From an uncultured Candidatus Saccharibacteria bacterium (lineage in GTDB: Bacteria > Patescibacteriota > Minisyncoccia > Phycocordibacterales > SBAW01), in assembly GCA_964420015.1 (NCBI GenBank), contig CAYQPO010000002.1, forward strand, positions 74,121 through 138,120: 64,000 bases of DNA, given 5' to 3'. The position numbers and the translations under genes are program-made. Below, one piece after another: positions 16,953-27,660 of the stretch (position 1 is its first letter; the number at the start of each line of letters is the position of its first letter). The notes under the pieces are model-generated. The model searched no databases and was not told the origin of the DNA. It worked only from the letters and a program-made list of their open reading frames with translations.

Positions 16953-18731
16953 ATGAAAATCCTTTTGCATTATTTGGGCAATGCTAAGCGCTACGCGCTT
17001 GCACATACATTTGTAACCACGGTGGTCGTGGTGGTGCTCTTAGGGGGTGGGTGGTATGCCTACGCCAAGATAGGGAGCGGCACCACGCAAACGCGCTACA
17101 TGCTCGGAACCGTTACGCGCGGCACCATCATCTCGACCGTGAGCGCCTCGGGGCAAATTTCAGCCAACAATCAACTCGACGTAAAACCACTCGTCAACGG
17201 CCAGATCACCTGGGTTGGAGTCAAAGCGGGAGATAAGGTCCATACCGGACAGGCGATGGTACAGATTGATAATCACGATGCGCGTCAAAGTTACCTCGAC
17301 GCTGAGCGTGCGCTCGAGGCAGCAAAACTACAGTACCAAAAAGATTCGGTACAGGCGCCGATCAGTTATCAACAAGACCAAGACGCGCTCACCACCGCGA
17401 CACAAAACCTCGCTAACGACTATAACGATACATTTAATTTGCTCTCAAGTAGCTATCTCAACCTGCCTGCAGTGGTAAACGGCGCCGAAGACGTACTCTA
17501 TGGGTACGATTTTGATACACATCGCTCGCAGTGGAATGCCGATTATCTGTTGAATCTTTTCAAATACGGACAAGATGTTTCGTCAGCAACTGCTTTTAAG
17601 ACGCAGACTACTGCCGATTATGCCACCGCTAGTGGAGCGTATACACAAGCGCTTAGTGCGTATCATGCCCTTGCGCGCACCTCGGCAACATCGACCTTGG
17701 AGATACAGTTACAAACGACTGTCGATCTAGAGACTAAGGTTGCGCAAGCGCTCCAAGACGAACTCAACTATCTGGGTGCCATTTCTGATCTCTCACAAAC
17801 GTATGGCATCGCACTCCCGAGTGGGTTTAACACTTTGCAGACCACGACGCGCACGCACCTTTCGACCGCTAATAGCGACCTCTCCTCTCTTTTGGCTGAG
17901 CAAAAAACACTTACTTCGGGCAAACAAGCAATTACAACCGCGCAACACAACCTGACGCTCGATCAAGTGGGCAACCAAGATGGCAGTAACCCCATTTCAC
18001 TGCAGATCGAGAAAAACAATCTCGACAAACAGACTGCCGATCTTGCACAGCAACTCGCCGATTTGGGCGATTACACCGTGCGCGCGCCGTTTAATGGCAT
18101 GGTCGCCTCCGTTGCAGCTAAGGTGGGGGATACTACCTTAGGCGCGGTGGCCTCGGTCGTGAGCGCGCAGCTCTTGGCGCAAATGAGCCTCAACGAAGTC
18201 GACGCAGCCAAAGTAAAACTCGGCGATAAGGCGACACTCACCTTTGATGCTATCGACACGCTTGCGCTTACGGGCAAAGTGGTCGAGATCGACCCGGTCG
18301 GCACGGTATCACAAGGCGTCGTAAGTTACACCATTAAGGTGGCACTCGATGTCCAAGACGGACGCATCAAACCGGGGATGACAGTCAACGCAGACATCCA
18401 AACCGCTGTTGTGCAAGATGCGCTCATGGTGCCGAGCTCCGCGGTTAAGGTGCAAAACGGAGAAAGCTACGTGCTCCTGTTTAACCCACCACTGCAGGCC
18501 TCGAGTACTGCACAAGGGGTTTTAAGCAACACCGCCCCGCAACAGATGCCAGTTGAAACAGGCATTTCGGACGACACATTCACTCAGATTATCTCGGGTT
18601 TACAAGAGGGCGAACAAATTGTCTCGAGCACTCGAACTACTACTGCCGCGGCCACTACTCGCACTACTACATCCACCAGTGGTGCGCGGGCTTTTGGTGG
18701 TGGCGGCGGGGCTATAAGGATCGGCGGTTAA
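16953..18731 (+). CDS. Efflux transporter periplasmic adaptor subunit (MacA/HlyD-like)
   Basis: TM, VKAGDKV..GQ, long coiled coil, VRAPFNG.V, IKPGMT, GL.EGE.IV. Confidence 0.88.
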   Translation: MKILLHYLGNAKRYALAHTFVTTVVVVVLLGGGWYAYAKIGSGTTQTRYMLGTVTRGTIISTVSASGQISANNQLDVKPLVNGQITWVGVKAGDKVHTGQAMVQIDNHDARQSYLDAERALEAAKLQYQKDSVQAPISYQQDQDALTTATQNLANDYNDTFNLLSSSYLNLPAVVNGAEDVLYGYDFDTHRSQWNADYLLNLFKYGQDVSSATAFKTQTTADYATASGAYTQALSAYHALARTSATSTLEIQLQTTVDLETKVAQALQDELNYLGAISDLSQTYGIALPSGFNTLQTTTRTHLSTANSDLSSLLAEQKTLTSGKQAITTAQHNLTLDQVGNQDGSNPISLQIEKNNLDKQTADLAQQLADLGDYTVRAPFNGMVASVAAKVGDTTLGAVASVVSAQLLAQMSLNEVDAAKVKLGDKATLTFDAIDTLALTGKVVEIDPVGTVSQGVVSYTIKVALDVQDGRIKPGMTVNADIQTAVVQDALMVPSSAVKVQNGESYVLLFNPPLQASSTAQGVLSNTAPQQMPVETGISDDTFTQIISGLQEGEQIVSSTRTTTAAATTRTTTSTSGARAFGGGGGAIRIGG

Positions 18732-18733
18732 GC

Positions 18734-19447
18734 ATGATCGAACTCAAACACATAACTAAAACCTACGGAGAAGGCAGTAATGAGTTTCAAGCACTCAAAG
18801 GGATCTCGTTTATGATCGAAGACGGCGAGTTTGTGGCGATCATGGGGCCGTCGGGCTCGGGCAAGTCAACCGCGATGCACATTCTTGGTTGTCTCGATAC
18901 ACCCACGAGCGGCGCGTATCATCTCGACGGTAAAGATGTCTCGCAAATGACTGAGGAAGAACTCGCTGACATCCGCAAAGACAAAATCGGTTTTGTTTTC
19001 CAAGCGTTTAACTTGTTGCCGCGCACCACCGTGCTGCGCAACGTGATGCTCCCGTTGGTCTACGCGGGCGTGGGCGAGTATGAACGAGAGCACCGCGCCA
19101 GAGCAGCGTTGCGTGCCGCTGGATTGGATGAAACTCATTTTTTGCACAAGAGTAACGAACTTTCAGGCGGGCAGATACAGCGCGTGGCTATCGCTCGTGC
19201 ACTGGTCAACAATCCTACGCTTATTTTGGCCGATGAGCCCACAGGCAACCTTGATACTAAAACCGGTGAACTTGTTTTGAGCACCTTTCAAAAACTAAAC
19301 GAAGAGTATGGCCGCACGATTATACTCATCACGCACGAGCAGACGATAGCCGCGCACGCCAGACGAATCATCCACTTGCGCGACGGCAAGATACTCTCTG
19401 ACAGCGCTCTGCACGCGCACAAACACGCCCACTACCATGCAGTTTAG
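18734..19447 (+). CDS. ABC transporter ATP-binding protein (MacB/LolD-like)
   Basis: [32 protein letters not shown]. Confidence 0.93.
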   Translation: MIELKHITKTYGEGSNEFQALKGISFMIEDGEFVAIMGPSGSGKSTAMHILGCLDTPTSGAYHLDGKDVSQMTEEELADIRKDKIGFVFQAFNLLPRTTVLRNVMLPLVYAGVGEYEREHRARAALRAAGLDETHFLHKSNELSGGQIQRVAIARALVNNPTLILADEPTGNLDTKTGELVLSTFQKLNEEYGRTIILITHEQTIAAHARRIIHLRDGKILSDSALHAHKHAHYHAV

Positions 19448-20687
19448 AGATATTTTCCAAGAAACTTACACCGCATTAAATGCCAACAAAGTGCGCTCGG
19501 GCCTCACCGTGCTCGGCATTGTGATCGGCATCGGCTCGGTGATCGCGCTTGTTTCAGTTGGGCAGGGTGCGGCAAGTGGAATCCAAAAGAGTATCCAATC
19601 GCTCGGTTCAAACTTGATCGAGGTGATGCCGGGCGCGCAGCGTGGCATAGGTGGGTTTGCGGTCTCGACCGGGCGTGGCTTGGCCTCGACGCTTACGCAG
19701 GCGGATGTCGATGCGGTAGGCAGCGGCGTACAAAATATTGTTGCAGTCGCTCCCGAGGTTTCGAGTCGGCAGCAAATTACTGCCAAGGGCACTAACACCA
19801 ACACCACGGTGCTCGGGACTACGGCTGCCTACGCTGCCATACGCAATCTTGCTATCGACCAAGGAAGCTTTTTTAGTGATGAACAAAATCGTTCACTCGC
19901 AAAGGTCGCCGTGCTCGGACCGCAGGCCGCAAGTGACCTGTTTGGCACCGACGACACTAGCGAAGATGGTCTACCTCAAGACCTGGTTGGGCAGAGTGTC
20001 CGGATCAAAGGCGTGGAGTTTAAAGTAATCGGCGTCACCGTGGCTAAAGGCGGCAGCGGTTTTAACAACCAAGACGACATGGTTTTCATCCCATCGCTTG
20101 CGGCGCAGCGGTTTTTTACCGGCAATACCTCGGTGACTGCAATCGATATAGAGGCGCAGGACCAAAACTCGATGGCTCAGGTACAAAGCGACGTAACCGA
20201 TCTTTTGCTTGTGCGCCACACTATTGCTGATCCAACCAAAGCCGATTTTAGTGTGCTTAACCAAAACGACTTGCTCTCCGCGGTTTCGAGCGTCTCGCAA
20301 ACGCTTACCCTCTTGCTTGCTTCAATCGCGGGGATCTCGCTTTTGGTGGGTGGGATTGGGATCATGAACATGATGCTGACCACGGTCACCGAGCGCACGC
20401 GCGAGATCGGGTTGCGCAAAGCAATCGGTGCGCGTGCGCAAGACATCTCTCGGCAGTTTTTGGCCGAGTCGGTGGCGCTCACCGCGGTGGGCGGGGTGGT
20501 GGGCATTGTGCTGGGGCTTGGGGTGGCCTTCGGAGCAAACGCTACCGGGGTGATTGCCACGAGCGTTTCGCGGGGCTCGGTTGCGCTGGCGTTCGGGGTT
20601 TCAGCGCTGATCGGTATGGTGTTTGGATGGTATCCGGCGCGGCGTGCTGCCGCACTTAACCCTATCGAGGCGCTTCGGTACGAATAA
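19437..20687 (+). CDS. ABC transporter permease (MacB-type)
   Basis: RS.LT.LGI.IGI, GGIGIMNMML..VTERTREIG.RKA.GA, L.PIEALRYE. Confidence 0.93.
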   Translation: MQFRDIFQETYTALNANKVRSGLTVLGIVIGIGSVIALVSVGQGAASGIQKSIQSLGSNLIEVMPGAQRGIGGFAVSTGRGLASTLTQADVDAVGSGVQNIVAVAPEVSSRQQITAKGTNTNTTVLGTTAAYAAIRNLAIDQGSFFSDEQNRSLAKVAVLGPQAASDLFGTDDTSEDGLPQDLVGQSVRIKGVEFKVIGVTVAKGGSGFNNQDDMVFIPSLAAQRFFTGNTSVTAIDIEAQDQNSMAQVQSDVTDLLLVRHTIADPTKADFSVLNQNDLLSAVSSVSQTLTLLLASIAGISLLVGGIGIMNMMLTTVTERTREIGLRKAIGARAQDISRQFLAESVALTAVGGVVGIVLGLGVAFGANATGVIATSVSRGSVALAFGVSALIGMVFGWYPARRAAALNPIEALRYE

Positions 20688-20708
20688 TTAATAAATAATA
20701 GTACGGCT

Positions 20709-21101
20709 ATGCACAAACAAATTATTGGAGCGGCAGTTGTCAGTGCGCTGGTATTCGGGGGTGTAGGGTTTTGGGGAGGCTCACAGTATGCGAAGAGCGC
20801 AGTGCCCGAGCGAGGAATGTTTGTTGCAGGAGGTCAGTTTGGCGGCGGGCGAAGTATGCGCAGTGCGGGAAGCTTTGTGAGCGGCGAAATCGTCAGTACT
20901 GACCAGAGTAGCTTTACACTCAAAATGCAGGATGGCAGCACCAAGATTGTGCTCCTCGGTGCCTCGACCACCGTAAGCGAGATGACGCAAGCACCCGCCT
21001 CGAGCCTCAAAGTAGGAGCGCAGGTGGTGGTCACGGGTGCGACCAACAGTGACGGGAGTCTTAGTGCGCAAATGGTGCAACTCCGGCCTACCAGACGCTA
21101 A
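20709..21101 (+). CDS. Membrane-anchored OB-fold protein (DUF5666-like)
   Basis: GFWGG.QY, GEIVS.D..SFTLK..DGS.KIV, LKVG..V.V.G..NSDGS..A..VQ. Confidence 0.7.
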   Translation: MHKQIIGAAVVSALVFGGVGFWGGSQYAKSAVPERGMFVAGGQFGGGRSMRSAGSFVSGEIVSTDQSSFTLKMQDGSTKIVLLGASTTVSEMTQAPASSLKVGAQVVVTGATNSDGSLSAQMVQLRPTRR

Positions 21102-21107
21102 TCCACG

Positions 21108-21140
21108 CAAAAAAGCGCCGGCAGTTGCCGGCGCTTTTTG
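21108..21140. terminator. Bidirectional terminator
   Basis: AAAAAGCGCCGGCA-GT-TGCCGGCGCTTTTT. Confidence 0.75.
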
Positions 21141-21163
21141 GATATGTTAGAAATGGGTTAGAT

Positions 21164-21178
21164 ACTAATCTAATTAGT
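21164..21178. promoter_or_regulatory. Putative MarR operator
   Basis: Palindrome ACTAAT-CTA-ATTAGT just upstream of the marR-like ATG. Confidence 0.5.
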
Positions 21179-21187
21179 GTCTACGCT

Positions 21188-21628
21188 ATGCAACAAAGAG
21201 AGCGGCAAGTGCGTGAGTTTCTCGATGGGCTGCAGGCACTTAAACGTCTCGGCGCCTTTAAGGCACCGCACGGCTCAATGATGCCCAAGGTCACCCCTGC
21301 GCAGTGGAACGCACTCTTTTATATTGCAGAGACAAAAGGGAGCACGGTCAAAGAGGTTGCTCAAGTCCTGGGGGTTACGAGCAGTGCTGCAACGCAACTC
21401 ATCGAGGGGCTGGTGCGCGAGGGCCATGTCGTACGCACGCAGAGCAAGGAGGACCGCCGCAGGGCACGTCTTGAGCTGTCTAAAAAGAGCCGCAGGCAGG
21501 TCGTAGCGCTGCAGAAGAGTACTTGCAGGGGCCTGGCAAAACTGTTCGAGGTGCTCAGTGACCGCGAGTTTGCACACTACTTACAACTCCATAAAAAAAT
21601 AATCGATCGCTTTTCAAAACGCATATGA
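21188..21628 (+). CDS. MarR family regulator
   Basis: T..Q...L, TVKEVA..LGVT.SAATQLI..LV..G.V.R.....DRR. Confidence 0.88.
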   Translation: MQQRERQVREFLDGLQALKRLGAFKAPHGSMMPKVTPAQWNALFYIAETKGSTVKEVAQVLGVTSSAATQLIEGLVREGHVVRTQSKEDRRRARLELSKKSRRQVVALQKSTCRGLAKLFEVLSDREFAHYLQLHKKIIDRFSKRI

Positions 21629-23214
21629 GCTTCATCAGATCACTTTGGGCACGCGCACTCCGCCTCTCGCTCACCTACAAAATAGTCGGGGGAGTAGTGT
21701 TCGTGGCAGTGGTGCTCATCGGGGGACGTGTACTCCTGCGCCCCGCGGCTACTGAGAGTGCGCAACAAATAAGTGTAGTGCACATTGCCTCGGTCGCGAG
21801 CCTCTCGGACCAAAGTGGCCCGCTGCCCGTAGTGGGGAAAGTAAGCTCGGTAAGCAAGGCAAACATTTTGGCGGTGAGTTCAGGCGAGGTGGTGAGCTTG
21901 GTACACGCGCTTGGTGACTATGTGTATGCAGGAGCGGTCATCGGTAATTTTGAAAACAGCTCGCAGCGTGCGGCGGTTCTCCAAGCCGAAGGCGCTTACG
22001 AAGCTGCGCAAGCTGCCGCTTCTAAGGCGACCGGCAGCACCGCACAAAACTCCTCGGTCAGCTCTGCCCAAGCGACGCAAGCTGCGCAGAATGCCGCCGT
22101 GTCGGCTAACGCGGCGATCCGAAGCCTGTATGCGGCGCTCGACGACGCGGTGCACACCAAGGCAGACACTATTTTTAGTAACCCCCGTAGTAATCTTCCC
22201 CTGCTCAATGTCTCGGTCCCTGATGGACAGTTGGTGATCGATATTCAAAATACGCGTACCGGCCTTGATACGCTCCTGCAGGGTGTTAACGGGCTCGACA
22301 CCTCGAGCACACAAAATCTCGATGCGCATATTGCAACAACGCTCGCGGCAGCCAACACGGTGAGCGGATTTTTGGGTGATCTTATTGATGCGCTCAACAA
22401 AGCGGTGCCCTCGATTACTGTCTCGGCAACGACGATTGCATCGTATCAGACGACCGCGGCTGCGGCACGCACCGAAGTATTGAGTGCGGTTGCGACACTT
22501 AACAATGCAAAGAGCACCTACGACAGCGCTCTCTCTGCAGCTGCAGAGGCGCAGACCTCGGCCTCTTCCGGTATCACGAGCGACATCGCTGCCGCACAGG
22601 CCAACGTCAAGACGGCACTCGGTTCGCTTAACGTTGCGCAGGCCAATCTCGAAAAAACCATCATCCGCTCGCCGATCTCGGGCACGATCGTGAGCTTGCC
22701 GATCCACCGAGGCGACTATGTTGCTTCATTTAGCCAAGTAGCTGCGGTGTCTAACCCCGGCGCACTCGAGGTAGACGCTTACATCACTTCTGACGATGCC
22801 AAGACTATCGCAATAGGGGGCAAAGCCACTATCAATGGCTCGGGCAAAGGCACCATTGTATTTATCGCCCCAGCTCTCGACCCCTCGACCGGCAAGATTG
22901 AGGTCAAAATCGGTATCGCGGGGCAAGCAGGAGTCACCGACGGGGAGGTGGTGAGTGTCACGCTTGAGCGTACCTTGGGTACGCACAGTGCACAGGCTCC
23001 TGTGCTCATAATTCCACTCGCGGCAGTTAAGATCACACCCCAAGGGTCAGTGGTGTTTACCGTTGCAAGCAGCACTTTGCATGCGCAAGCAATTGTACTC
23101 GGCGAAGTATTGGGAAATAGCGTGGCAATACAGAGCGGTATCAGCGCAGAGGAGGCAATCGTGACCGATGCACGCGGGCTCTCAGACGGGCAGGAGGTCT
23201 CGATTGCGCAATAA
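21625..23214 (+). CDS. RND efflux membrane fusion protein
   Basis: TM, lipoyl-like halves, IRSPISG.I, IP..AV, L.DGQ.V. Confidence 0.85.
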   Translation: MSFIRSLWARALRLSLTYKIVGGVVFVAVVLIGGRVLLRPAATESAQQISVVHIASVASLSDQSGPLPVVGKVSSVSKANILAVSSGEVVSLVHALGDYVYAGAVIGNFENSSQRAAVLQAEGAYEAAQAAASKATGSTAQNSSVSSAQATQAAQNAAVSANAAIRSLYAALDDAVHTKADTIFSNPRSNLPLLNVSVPDGQLVIDIQNTRTGLDTLLQGVNGLDTSSTQNLDAHIATTLAAANTVSGFLGDLIDALNKAVPSITVSATTIASYQTTAAAARTEVLSAVATLNNAKSTYDSALSAAAEAQTSASSGITSDIAAAQANVKTALGSLNVAQANLEKTIIRSPISGTIVSLPIHRGDYVASFSQVAAVSNPGALEVDAYITSDDAKTIAIGGKATINGSGKGTIVFIAPALDPSTGKIEVKIGIAGQAGVTDGEVVSVTLERTLGTHSAQAPVLIIPLAAVKITPQGSVVFTVASSTLHAQAIVLGEVLGNSVAIQSGISAEEAIVTDARGLSDGQEVSIAQ

Positions 23215-23217
23215 CCA

Positions 23218-26200
23218 ATGCTTTTCCTCTGGAACTTTTTTCTTGAACGCCGCCAGCTGAGCTACGTGCTCATCTGCGTGCTTATCATCGCGGGGACGTA
23301 TGCCCTGCTCAAAATCCCTAAAGAAAACGCACCCTCGCTCGACATCCCGATCGCGATCGTAACCGCCACACTCCCGGGTGCCTCGGCCGAGGACATCGAG
23401 ACGCTGGTTACCAACAAACTCGAGAGCCAGATCTCAGGGATTTCGAACATCGACACCCTGACCTCTAACTCCAGCGACGGTCTGTCTCAAATTACGGTGC
23501 AGTTTACTGCGAGCGCCGACACTGACCGTTCGATCCAAGATCTGCGCGACGCGGTTTCGCGCGCGCTCCCCAATTTGCCCACCGACGTGACCGCGCCGCA
23601 AGTGACCAAACTCAACTTCAATGACCGACCAATAGTCGTGGTCTCGATCGCGGGCGACCTCACCCCGATGCAATTTTCTGAACTCGGCCGTTCGCTCTCG
23701 GATGAACTCCTGGCGGTTTCGGGTGTCTCGCAAGTCTCAGTCGCCGGCGTGCCCAAACGCGAGGTCGATGTAATTGTACGCAAAGAGGCCCTCGACCAAT
23801 ATGGATGGAAAATTACTGATGTAATCTCGGCGATCAGCACAAGCAATCCTGCAGCGACTGCGGGGCGGCTTTCGATCGACGGGATAAGATACCATGTCAA
23901 CTTTAAAGGCGACATCTCCGACCCCGAGCAGGTCCGCGACATCGCGATCTCAAGCAAAAACGGTGTACCCATTTACTTGCGCGACATTGCCGATATTAGC
24001 GACGCGCTCGCGCCCATCACCACCTACTCACGCCTCTCACTTGGTGGGGAGCCTGCCAAGCAGGGGATTGCGCTTCAGGTATACAAACAATCGAGCGCGG
24101 GGATCCAAAAAGTAGCCACTGCGGTGCGTGCCAAGGTCGATAGTCTGCGCTCGAGTGAGTTGCAAGGCCTTGATGTTTTTGTGCCGCCCTCGACCGACCA
24201 GGGCACGCAAGTTACAAAGCAGCTCGGCAACTTGAGCCAAACGGGGCTTATCACCGTGGCGCTCGTCATCGTGGTGCTCTTCTTTACTATCGGATGGCGT
24301 GAGTCGATTGTGGCAGCACTCTCCATTCCCTTGTCGTTTCTCATTTCGTTTATCGGCTTGTATGTAACCGGCAACACACTCAACTTTATTTCTCTCTTCG
24401 CGCTCATCTTGGCGGTAGGCATCTTAGTCGACTCGGGGATCGTAGTAACTGAGGCGATCCATGCGCGCTTGCGCACCCACGGTGGTCCGATGCCCGCAGC
24501 GCGCGCAGCACTCAAGGATTATGCCTGGCCTTTGATTGCGGGCACTATGGCAACCGTTGCGGTATTTGCGCCACTCTTTTTTATCTCAGGGATTGTGGGC
24601 AAATTTATCGCAGGCATTCCCTACACGCTCATCTTTGTACTTGTTGCCTCAATTCTTGTAGCACTCGGGATCGTGCCCCTGATCGCGGTCCTCTTTACTG
24701 CTAAAGGTGCGCCCAACAGGCTTGAGCAAAAGTTGGAGCACTACACTACCACCACGACGCGCTGGTACACCACTACGCTGCATACGTTTTTGCAAAACGA
24801 CTTATTCCAAAAACGCTTTCGTTGGGGGCTTATTGGTATGCTTATACTCTCGCTCACGCTTCCCATGCTCGGGCTCATACCGGTGACCTTCTTCCCCCAA
24901 AGCGACGAGGATTTTATCTACATCAACATCCAAAAACCACAAGGCACGGTGCTCGAACAAACCGACCTCTCAACCCGCGCGGTCGAAGAGCTACTCTATA
25001 ACGACCCCGATGTAGCCTCCTTCCAGACCACAGTGGGGGAGAGTTCGGCGCTCAGTGGCCAGAGTTCTAGTGGTAGCAATCAGGCAAACATCACGGTCAA
25101 CTTGCCTGAGCATCGAAGCAAGACGAGCACCGAGGTGCAGGCACAGTTACAAAAGCGCCTCGCGGTGCTCGAAGGGCTCGACGTGCAGGTGCTCCAGGCC
25201 AACAATGGCCCAAGCGCTGGTGCGCCAATTCAAATTCAATTCGAAGGCGACAATCTCGACGACCTCATCACTGCTGCAGAAAAGGGCCGCCAGCTCTTGA
25301 GCACACTGCCTGACGCGACCAACATCACCGCAAGCACGGAAGCCAACGGTACCGCTTTTGATTTAACCGTCGATCGCGCCAAAGCCGCTGCGCTTGGGCT
25401 CAATGCACAGCAGCTTGGCGCCACACTCCATGCGGCCATCAGCGGCACCAAAGCAACCACAATCAACGAGCCCAACCAGACGATCGACGTGATGGTCAAG
25501 CTCAACTTAAACCCTTTGTATCAAGACAACAGCCACACTGCAGACGCGACGATAGACGCAGTCAAAAATCTCTCGGTCCAGGGCTCTGCGGGCCCAGTGC
25601 TCTTGGGGTCGGTGGTAAACAACTCGCTCGGGATTAGCAACGCGGCGATTGCCCACAAAGACAAAAAGCGCGTCGAAACAGTCTCAGCTTACCCGGATGC
25701 GCGCACCACCACTTCGGCCGTGGTGAGCGCGTTCCAAAAGCGGGTGGGAGAACTCAATTTGCCCGCGGGCGTAACGGTCTCTTACGGCGGCGAGAGCGAG
25801 AGCATCAACGAGTCGTTTACCCAAATGTTCGTAGCGCTCATCGCCGGTATTGTGCTGATGTTCCTCATCCTCATTGTGTCCTTCGACTCGATCCGCTACA
25901 CGCTCTACTTGCTTTCGATCGTGCCACTCTCTTTAATCGGCGTACTCTGGGGGCTTGCGCTCACCGGACAGTCGGTGTCGTTCACCTCGCTCCTTGGGGT
26001 GATCGGTTTGGGTGGCGTCATTATTAACCACGCAATCATCCTCATGGACTCGCTCATCACCGAGCGACGTGAGCATCCTCAAAAGCCACTCATCGACGCA
26101 GTGGTCGATGCGAGCAAAACACGCTTCCGCCCCATTGTGCTCACGACCATCGCAACTGCAATCGGGATGATCCCACTTGCGATCTCGGACCCAACGTGGG

Positions 26201-26316
26201 GGCCGTTTGCCATCACCATCATGTTTGGGCTCCTGTTTGCCATTTGCCTCACCCTTGTGTTGGTGCCGATGCTGTTTTACCGCGCGCTCAAGCGCAAAGA
26301 GGGACAGCTCACGTAA
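23218..26316 (+). CDS. RND transporter permease (AcrB/AcrD/AcrF family)
   Basis: 1032 aa; PGASAEDIE, GILVDSGIVV.E, RFRPI.LTT....GM.PL. Confidence 0.95.
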   Translation: MLFLWNFFLERRQLSYVLICVLIIAGTYALLKIPKENAPSLDIPIAIVTATLPGASAEDIETLVTNKLESQISGISNIDTLTSNSSDGLSQITVQFTASADTDRSIQDLRDAVSRALPNLPTDVTAPQVTKLNFNDRPIVVVSIAGDLTPMQFSELGRSLSDELLAVSGVSQVSVAGVPKREVDVIVRKEALDQYGWKITDVISAISTSNPAATAGRLSIDGIRYHVNFKGDISDPEQVRDIAISSKNGVPIYLRDIADISDALAPITTYSRLSLGGEPAKQGIALQVYKQSSAGIQKVATAVRAKVDSLRSSELQGLDVFVPPSTDQGTQVTKQLGNLSQTGLITVALVIVVLFFTIGWRESIVAALSIPLSFLISFIGLYVTGNTLNFISLFALILAVGILVDSGIVVTEAIHARLRTHGGPMPAARAALKDYAWPLIAGTMATVAVFAPLFFISGIVGKFIAGIPYTLIFVLVASILVALGIVPLIAVLFTAKGAPNRLEQKLEHYTTTTTRWYTTTLHTFLQNDLFQKRFRWGLIGMLILSLTLPMLGLIPVTFFPQSDEDFIYINIQKPQGTVLEQTDLSTRAVEELLYNDPDVASFQTTVGESSALSGQSSSGSNQANITVNLPEHRSKTSTEVQAQLQKRLAVLEGLDVQVLQANNGPSAGAPIQIQFEGDNLDDLITAAEKGRQLLSTLPDATNITASTEANGTAFDLTVDRAKAAALGLNAQQLGATLHAAISGTKATTINEPNQTIDVMVKLNLNPLYQDNSHTADATIDAVKNLSVQGSAGPVLLGSVVNNSLGISNAAIAHKDKKRVETVSAYPDARTTTSAVVSAFQKRVGELNLPAGVTVSYGGESESINESFTQMFVALIAGIVLMFLILIVSFDSIRYTLYLLSIVPLSLIGVLWGLALTGQSVSFTSLLGVIGLGGVIINHAIILMDSLITERREHPQKPLIDAVVDASKTRFRPIVLTTIATAIGMIPLAISDPTWGPFAITIMFGLLFAICLTLVLVPMLFYRALKRKEGQLT

Positions 26317-26347
26317 TAAAAACTTCATAATCACGTCTGGTATAGTG

Positions 26348-27583
26348 ATGAGCATGCGTAAGGTTCTGGCTATTGCTGCCGCAGTTTTTGTACTCTCGCC
26401 GTTTGTTGCGTTTATGCTGAGCCCTGTCGAAGTGCAGGCCGCGACGCTCAATTCTAAGGGTCTCGAGGTTTCGGGCTGGCTGCCGTATTGGCGTGAGGCG
26501 TCCTCGACACTCGACGTGCTCCCCCACTTGAGCCAACTCACCGAGATCAACCCCTTTGTCTACGTGGTACAACCGGACGGAACCATCCAAGACATGGCAG
26601 GGATCGCCGACGAGCCATGGAAGAGTCTTATTGCTGCCGCTAAACAAAAAAAGGTGCGCGTAGTCCCCACCGTAATGTGGAGCGACACCAACGCGATCCA
26701 CACCATTTTAAGCAACGCCGTCTTGCGCGTGCAGCTCGAGGACGACATCGCAGCGCTCACCGCGAGAGAGGGGTTCGACGGTATCGACATCGACTTCGAG
26801 GGTAAAAAAGCAGAAGACAAGAAGTACTTCTCTACGTTTCTCAAAGGGCTCTATCAACGCATGGGTAAAAAATGGGTGATGTGCACGATTGAGTCGCGCA
26901 CCCCGATTGCCGACCGCTACAGCACTGCGCCGCCTAAAGACGCTGGGGTGTATGCCAACGACTGGCTACAAATCAACAAATACTGCGACCGCGTGCGGTT
27001 TATGACCTATGACCAGCAGTCGATCGACCAGACCCTCAACGCCGCACAAAAGAGCGCTCCCTACACCCCCGTGGCCGATGTGCAATGGGTAGAAAAGGCG
27101 ATCAAACTCGCGATGCAGACTATTAGTAAGAAAAAGATCATGATCGGCGTTGCAACCTACGGCTACGAGTGGCAGGTGACCCCACTTTCGACTTCTGGGT
27201 ACGACTACAAACTCCTCTGGGCCTTCAACCCCAAATACGCAACTGATCTTGCTGCGCAAATTGGTTCGACGATAAAACGCAACTCGGCTGGAGAACTTTC
27301 GTTTAGCTACCTCCCACAGATCCAGGTGCCTCCACCTGCTGCTGCAGACCAACAGCTCTCGACGGGCAACAGTAATGAGGTGACACCACCACCGGCCCCG
27401 CTCCAAACAACAACACCCGCTGCGGTAATCCTTGCTCAGGCGTCAATCAATATCCTCTGGTGGAGCGATGCAACCGCGATCAAACAAAAAGTCGACCTAG
27501 CAAAAAAACTCGGCGTGCGCGGAGTGGCGGTCTTCAAGCTGGACGGGGGAGAGGACCAGGCCATGTGGCAAGTTTTGAAATAG
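26348..27583 (+). CDS. Secreted glycoside hydrolase family 18
   Basis: FDGIDIDFE catalytic motif, MTYD, GV..YG, GVAVF.L.GED. Confidence 0.9.
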   Translation: MSMRKVLAIAAAVFVLSPFVAFMLSPVEVQAATLNSKGLEVSGWLPYWREASSTLDVLPHLSQLTEINPFVYVVQPDGTIQDMAGIADEPWKSLIAAAKQKKVRVVPTVMWSDTNAIHTILSNAVLRVQLEDDIAALTAREGFDGIDIDFEGKKAEDKKYFSTFLKGLYQRMGKKWVMCTIESRTPIADRYSTAPPKDAGVYANDWLQINKYCDRVRFMTYDQQSIDQTLNAAQKSAPYTPVADVQWVEKAIKLAMQTISKKKIMIGVATYGYEWQVTPLSTSGYDYKLLWAFNPKYATDLAAQIGSTIKRNSAGELSFSYLPQIQVPPPAAADQQLSTGNSNEVTPPPAPLQTTTPAAVILAQASINILWWSDATAIKQKVDLAKKLGVRGVAVFKLDGGEDQAMWQVLK

Positions 27584-27621
27584 TTTTTTACTGCGATTCG
27601 GGTTTAAACTGTTTTACTAGT

Positions 27622-27650
27622 TTGACAAAATAGGTTGGATTTGCTATAAT
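27622..27650 (+). promoter_or_regulatory. Consensus sigma70 promoter
   Basis: TTGACA-17-TATAAT about 10 nt before the helicase start. Confidence 0.75.
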
Positions 27651-27660
27651 CTCGTCATTG